Part shown: positions 60,482 to 64,000 of the stretch, piece by piece | Layout: the number at the start of each line of letters is the position of its first letter | Position numbering within the stretch: the first letter of the stretch is position 1 | DNA from: a virus | Taxonomy: Duplodnaviria > Caudoviricetes | Virus record (IMG/VR): IMGVR_UViG_3300037067_004891 | Location: 256,001 to 320,000 of that record | Strand: one strand, 5' to 3' | DNA length: 64,000 nucleotides | Notes under the pieces: model-generated | The model's database searches: none | What the model saw: only the letters and a program-made list of their open reading frames with translations | What the model was told of the DNA's origin: nothing | Made by a program: the position numbers and the translations under genes

Positions 60482-63400
60482 ATGAGTAATTTTCAGAAGA
60501 ATTCTTTTGTATCAATAGCTGAACAGGTTGCGCTTTTAAATCGTAACGCTATTGAACTTTTAACTAAGTTACAAGATGTTGTTGCATCAGATGCTTCTGC
60601 TGTGGAAGTAAATTTAACAGATGAAGCTGGTATAGAAACAACATTTAATATGCCTACTGTTGGATTTCTTAAAAAAGAAATTGATATAGCAAATAATAAT
60701 ATTAAACGTCTTTCTCAATTTCAAGATAAGACTACTTATATGATTGATGGAGAATCAACAAAAAAAGTGTATCAAGTGGATTTAAATAGAGAACCAAGTT
60801 CGATATCTAAATTGGATGTGGTTAGTCAATTTGTACCAATCAATAACTGGTTTTTTGAATCGTTGATGAATCCACTTTTAAGTGTTGAAATTAATCTTAC
60901 TGATTTAGTTGAAGATGGTGTTACAAAAGTATTATCAAGAAGATATATTGTTAAATTCACAAAAGATGCTGATGGTAATTTAACTCAAAAAGGTCAGCAA
61001 GCGTTGGACGACTTGCGCTCCATTTTTCTTGGAAGGACGGATGTCGATATTTACGAATTTCTGGATTGGTATAATAATCCAACTAACACAGGTGTTCTTA
61101 ATAATGATTCTAACGACACTAATGATTACGATGAAGAAATTTTTGAATTTGATTATAATCAATTGACAAGTTATGGGTTGTTTACTGTCTTGAAACAAGA
61201 AAAAGATTCATTAAATAATAAACTTTGGTATCATTTAAATACACTAACTTATTATGACACAGATGGAAATCCTAAGACACTTGCTATCGGAGATGAATTG
61301 ATTTTAAATAAAAAGGATTCTACTACTCGATATAAAATACACGAGGTAAATATAGCAGCTTCTAATTATAGGGTTATTTTAGAAAGAATAGAAGGATATG
61401 ATCCTGTTGTTACAGGTGTAAATACACTTAAATATTATAGTGGTATAGAGCTTGACAAAAAAGTAAAAATAACACTGGGTTTCGATGAATTCAATATAAT
61501 ATTCCTTAAACCCATAAACGGTTCTAATAATGTTATTTCATCGTTGTGGTCAAAAGGAACATGTTTTTATTCAAATGATTTGAAATTGAATACAGACTCT
61601 AATATAACATTATCTGAATATTATCTGGATACTGTTTTTGATTATGGAACATTATTAAAAGACCTTGTTAAAAAAAATATTCCAAGTGACGTTGGATTAA
61701 CCCCTAACGTTCCTGAATTAAATATTAATAATTTTAAAGTTGTTCAAATTAATAAACACTTAACAGAAACTGAAGACGTTAAAGAAATAAAAAATTTACA
61801 CTCACAAAAGAATCAATCAAAAGCAAAAATAGAACAAATAGCTGATGCTATAATTTTAAAAACAAGAGAATTAAAAACTAAACAATTTAAATCCATAGCA
61901 GAAAGATCGCAAAGCGAAAATGAGTTAAGCAAATTAAATAATCAATTTCAAACCGAATCTAAGCTTTTGAATTCAATAACAAAACAAATAACAAGTAATA
62001 ATACAACAAATGCAAAAGTAGACCCCAAATATCGTTTACGTGGTTTCTGGGATATACCTGAGGCACGTCAGGTCGAAGGCTTCCGAAATCAAGAGATAGT
62101 CCAATTTAAAATTCAATATAGATATTCATCAAAATCTGGTAAAGAAAATACAACTGAAGGTTATGATTTGGTATCTAATACCACTAAAACAGGTTATTTT
62201 TCAAATTGGAATCCATTAACAACTGATGCGAGAAAACGATATTATGATGAAACAACTCAGGAGTGGAAATGGCAAATAGAAGATGTTTCAGATGCTGACA
62301 CACCAAATATTAACCAGTTAGATATTTCTATGACTGCTGGCGAAAAAGTAGAAATAAGAATTAAATCTATTTCAGAAGTTGGGTGGCCTGATGCACCAAT
62401 TGAAAGTGATTGGTCTGAAATAATAACTATTGATTTTCCAGATGAATTATCAATTGTTTCAAGTGACGATTATATTTTGAAAGAGGCTTCTGATGACGAA
62501 TTAAAAATAGAATTTGAAGGAACACTGGATGCTAAAGGTTATACTAAACACGTTGGTGAATCTTTTTATGTAAATGAAAAATATTTTGCTCATTCTGACG
62601 ATACTATCCAAACATCATTTACGGATAGCACAGGTAATTCATTGTCATTACGAGAATATTTAGTTGTCATTACTAATAAAATAAATTCTCTTGAAGAACT
62701 TGTTAAACGTTCTAAAGGTGAAATTCAAGTTTTATTATTTAGAAATACAGATGAGGTTTCTATTAGTAATGGAGCTTCTATCACTCAAGTTGTAGAATGT
62801 GAAGATTATGGAAAACGAAGTGGTTCAACTGGAAGAATTTATTACAATGATGTATATCTTATTAGCTCGTATTATATCCGAATTGATAATATCGCCTCAG
62901 AGAATTCTTTGGGTTTGTTATCTGATAGAACATTTTCTTTATTAAGTTCAACAAATGGTAATTCTTTTTATCAAACAGACCACACTGCTGGATTAGTAAA
63001 TAAAGATAATATTTTTTATAAACAACAAGATAATCAATTCATATGGATTTCAGATTTTGATGGGACAAGAATTTATGATAATACTGGTTCAAGAGTTGGT
63101 GCATATTCATCAACACCTGTATCACCCGCAGCTTTATTTTCCCAATTTATTAATATTGGTCTAAACCCTGCTCTTACTGGGTATACTAATGGTGATGGGG
63201 TATCAACAGGGACAAGATGGGATATTATAGATGGTATAAATTGGTCAGACGTATCTTATGCTGGTGGTTTTTTAACAACCATTCATCCATTAATATCTGA
63301 TATTTCAGACCTAAAAGAAACTGGTCAAGAAAAGACTAAATTTTTAGCACCGAGTGAATCATTTGTATTGCCTATTAATATTTATTTTAAATTTCAAGGA

Positions 63401-63577
63401 AATACAAATGCATCAACAGGTGATTTTTCAGATGCATCAGTTACTGGTAATTTTACCGATCATACTAAAAAATTAAAAATATTTATTGAACCTACTAATT
63501 CAAATAGACCATTTGAGTTTACAATACAATTTAAATTACGACCATATAAAAAAGTTAATGTAACTTCTGGTATATAA
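60482..63577 (+). CDS. Large hypothetical protein, probably virion structural
   Basis: 1031 aa with a coiled coil and an FN3-like segment (RIKSISEVGWP..ESDWS). Confidence 0.5.
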   Translation: MSNFQKNSFVSIAEQVALLNRNAIELLTKLQDVVASDASAVEVNLTDEAGIETTFNMPTVGFLKKEIDIANNNIKRLSQFQDKTTYMIDGESTKKVYQVDLNREPSSISKLDVVSQFVPINNWFFESLMNPLLSVEINLTDLVEDGVTKVLSRRYIVKFTKDADGNLTQKGQQALDDLRSIFLGRTDVDIYEFLDWYNNPTNTGVLNNDSNDTNDYDEEIFEFDYNQLTSYGLFTVLKQEKDSLNNKLWYHLNTLTYYDTDGNPKTLAIGDELILNKKDSTTRYKIHEVNIAASNYRVILERIEGYDPVVTGVNTLKYYSGIELDKKVKITLGFDEFNIIFLKPINGSNNVISSLWSKGTCFYSNDLKLNTDSNITLSEYYLDTVFDYGTLLKDLVKKNIPSDVGLTPNVPELNINNFKVVQINKHLTETEDVKEIKNLHSQKNQSKAKIEQIADAIILKTRELKTKQFKSIAERSQSENELSKLNNQFQTESKLLNSITKQITSNNTTNAKVDPKYRLRGFWDIPEARQVEGFRNQEIVQFKIQYRYSSKSGKENTTEGYDLVSNTTKTGYFSNWNPLTTDARKRYYDETTQEWKWQIEDVSDADTPNINQLDISMTAGEKVEIRIKSISEVGWPDAPIESDWSEIITIDFPDELSIVSSDDYILKEASDDELKIEFEGTLDAKGYTKHVGESFYVNEKYFAHSDDTIQTSFTDSTGNSLSLREYLVVITNKINSLEELVKRSKGEIQVLLFRNTDEVSISNGASITQVVECEDYGKRSGSTGRIYYNDVYLISSYYIRIDNIASENSLGLLSDRTFSLLSSTNGNSFYQTDHTAGLVNKDNIFYKQQDNQFIWISDFDGTRIYDNTGSRVGAYSSTPVSPAALFSQFINIGLNPALTGYTNGDGVSTGTRWDIIDGINWSDVSYAGGFLTTIHPLISDISDLKETGQEKTKFLAPSESFVLPINIYFKFQGNTNASTGDFSDASVTGNFTDHTKKLKIFIEPTNSNRPFEFTIQFKLRPYKKVNVTSGI

Positions 63578-63611
63578 CGAAATAAATAGTATATTTGTAT
63601 TATTTTATTAT

Positions 63612-64000
63612 ATGAGTAAACAAAAATATTGGATTAAAGAAAAATGTCAGGAAGAAGTATTAAAATATAATAGTTTCGCCGAATTAAAAGAAAAAAATTC
63701 AAAGGTTTATTATATTATATATGAAAATAAGTGGTGTTCAGAAGTATGTGCGCATTATTATTTAAATAGAAAACCTTCTAATTATTGGACAAAAGAAAGA
63801 TGTCAAGAAGAAGCATTAAAATATAAAACATGTAAAGAATTTAGAAAATTTTCTGGTAGTGCATATACACAATCTATTAAAAACAAATGGATATGTGATA
63901 TTAATAAGCATTTTTTAAAAACAAAACACCATAATAATTATTGGACAAAAGAAAACTGTCATATAGAGTCTTTAAAATATAATATAAAAACTGAATTTCA
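63612..64000 (+). CDS. Partial homing-endonuclease-like protein with WTxExC repeats
   Basis: MSKQKYWIKEKC..YWTKERCQEEALKY..; runs off the window end. Confidence 0.7.
   Translation, partial: MSKQKYWIKEKCQEEVLKYNSFAELKEKNSKVYYIIYENKWCSEVCAHYYLNRKPSNYWTKERCQEEALKYKTCKEFRKFSGSAYTQSIKNKWICDINKHFLKTKHHNNYWTKENCHIESLKYNIKTEF

Noticed and set aside
4628-61198. Short antisense or nested ORFs (e.g. 4628, 12579, 14101, 16365, 17098, 18406, 24146, 33964, 41387, 49849, 51875, 55596, 60980)
   Set aside because: They are shadows of longer motif-bearing genes and have no recognisable motifs

Overview
This 64 kb window is very AT-rich and gene-dense and reads as part of a jumbo/huge tailed phage, probably infecting Bacteroidota. 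The host call rests on a lipoprotein with a TSC lipobox followed by EKDDD, TAnnTTTG promoter-like boxes and a SusC-type TonB-box peptide. Core and metabolic genes: single-chain topoisomerase II, DinG-like helicase, PhoH, S1-domain protein, NADAR, an interrupted dNMP kinase, glycosyltransferases, a radical SAM enzyme, two lysozyme-like proteins and several homing-type endonucleases. Six patterns stand out. (1) About 16 unrelated proteins carry a T4 capsid-targeting-like leader (MKx[IL]xxFxxF..[NF]E); they include most of 7 ADP-ribosyltransferase-like domains, and the motif recurs inside a GNAT-ART-ART-CCA fusion. (2) Seven to eight small ORFs share a C-terminal RxxK[IL]xx[IL] tag. (3) A tRNA scaffold has a 120-nt structured insert in place of the anticodon loop. 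(4) One IS200/IS605 end family is shared by two TnpB elements, an IscB element, a guide-RNA-only miniature with a phage promoter, and two scars. (5) A dNMP kinase P-loop is interrupted by hairpin-GGT-TAA-AT-GGA, resembling a ribosomal bypass. (6) Three promoter motif classes are visible. All calls come from reading motifs by eye; no database searches were run.
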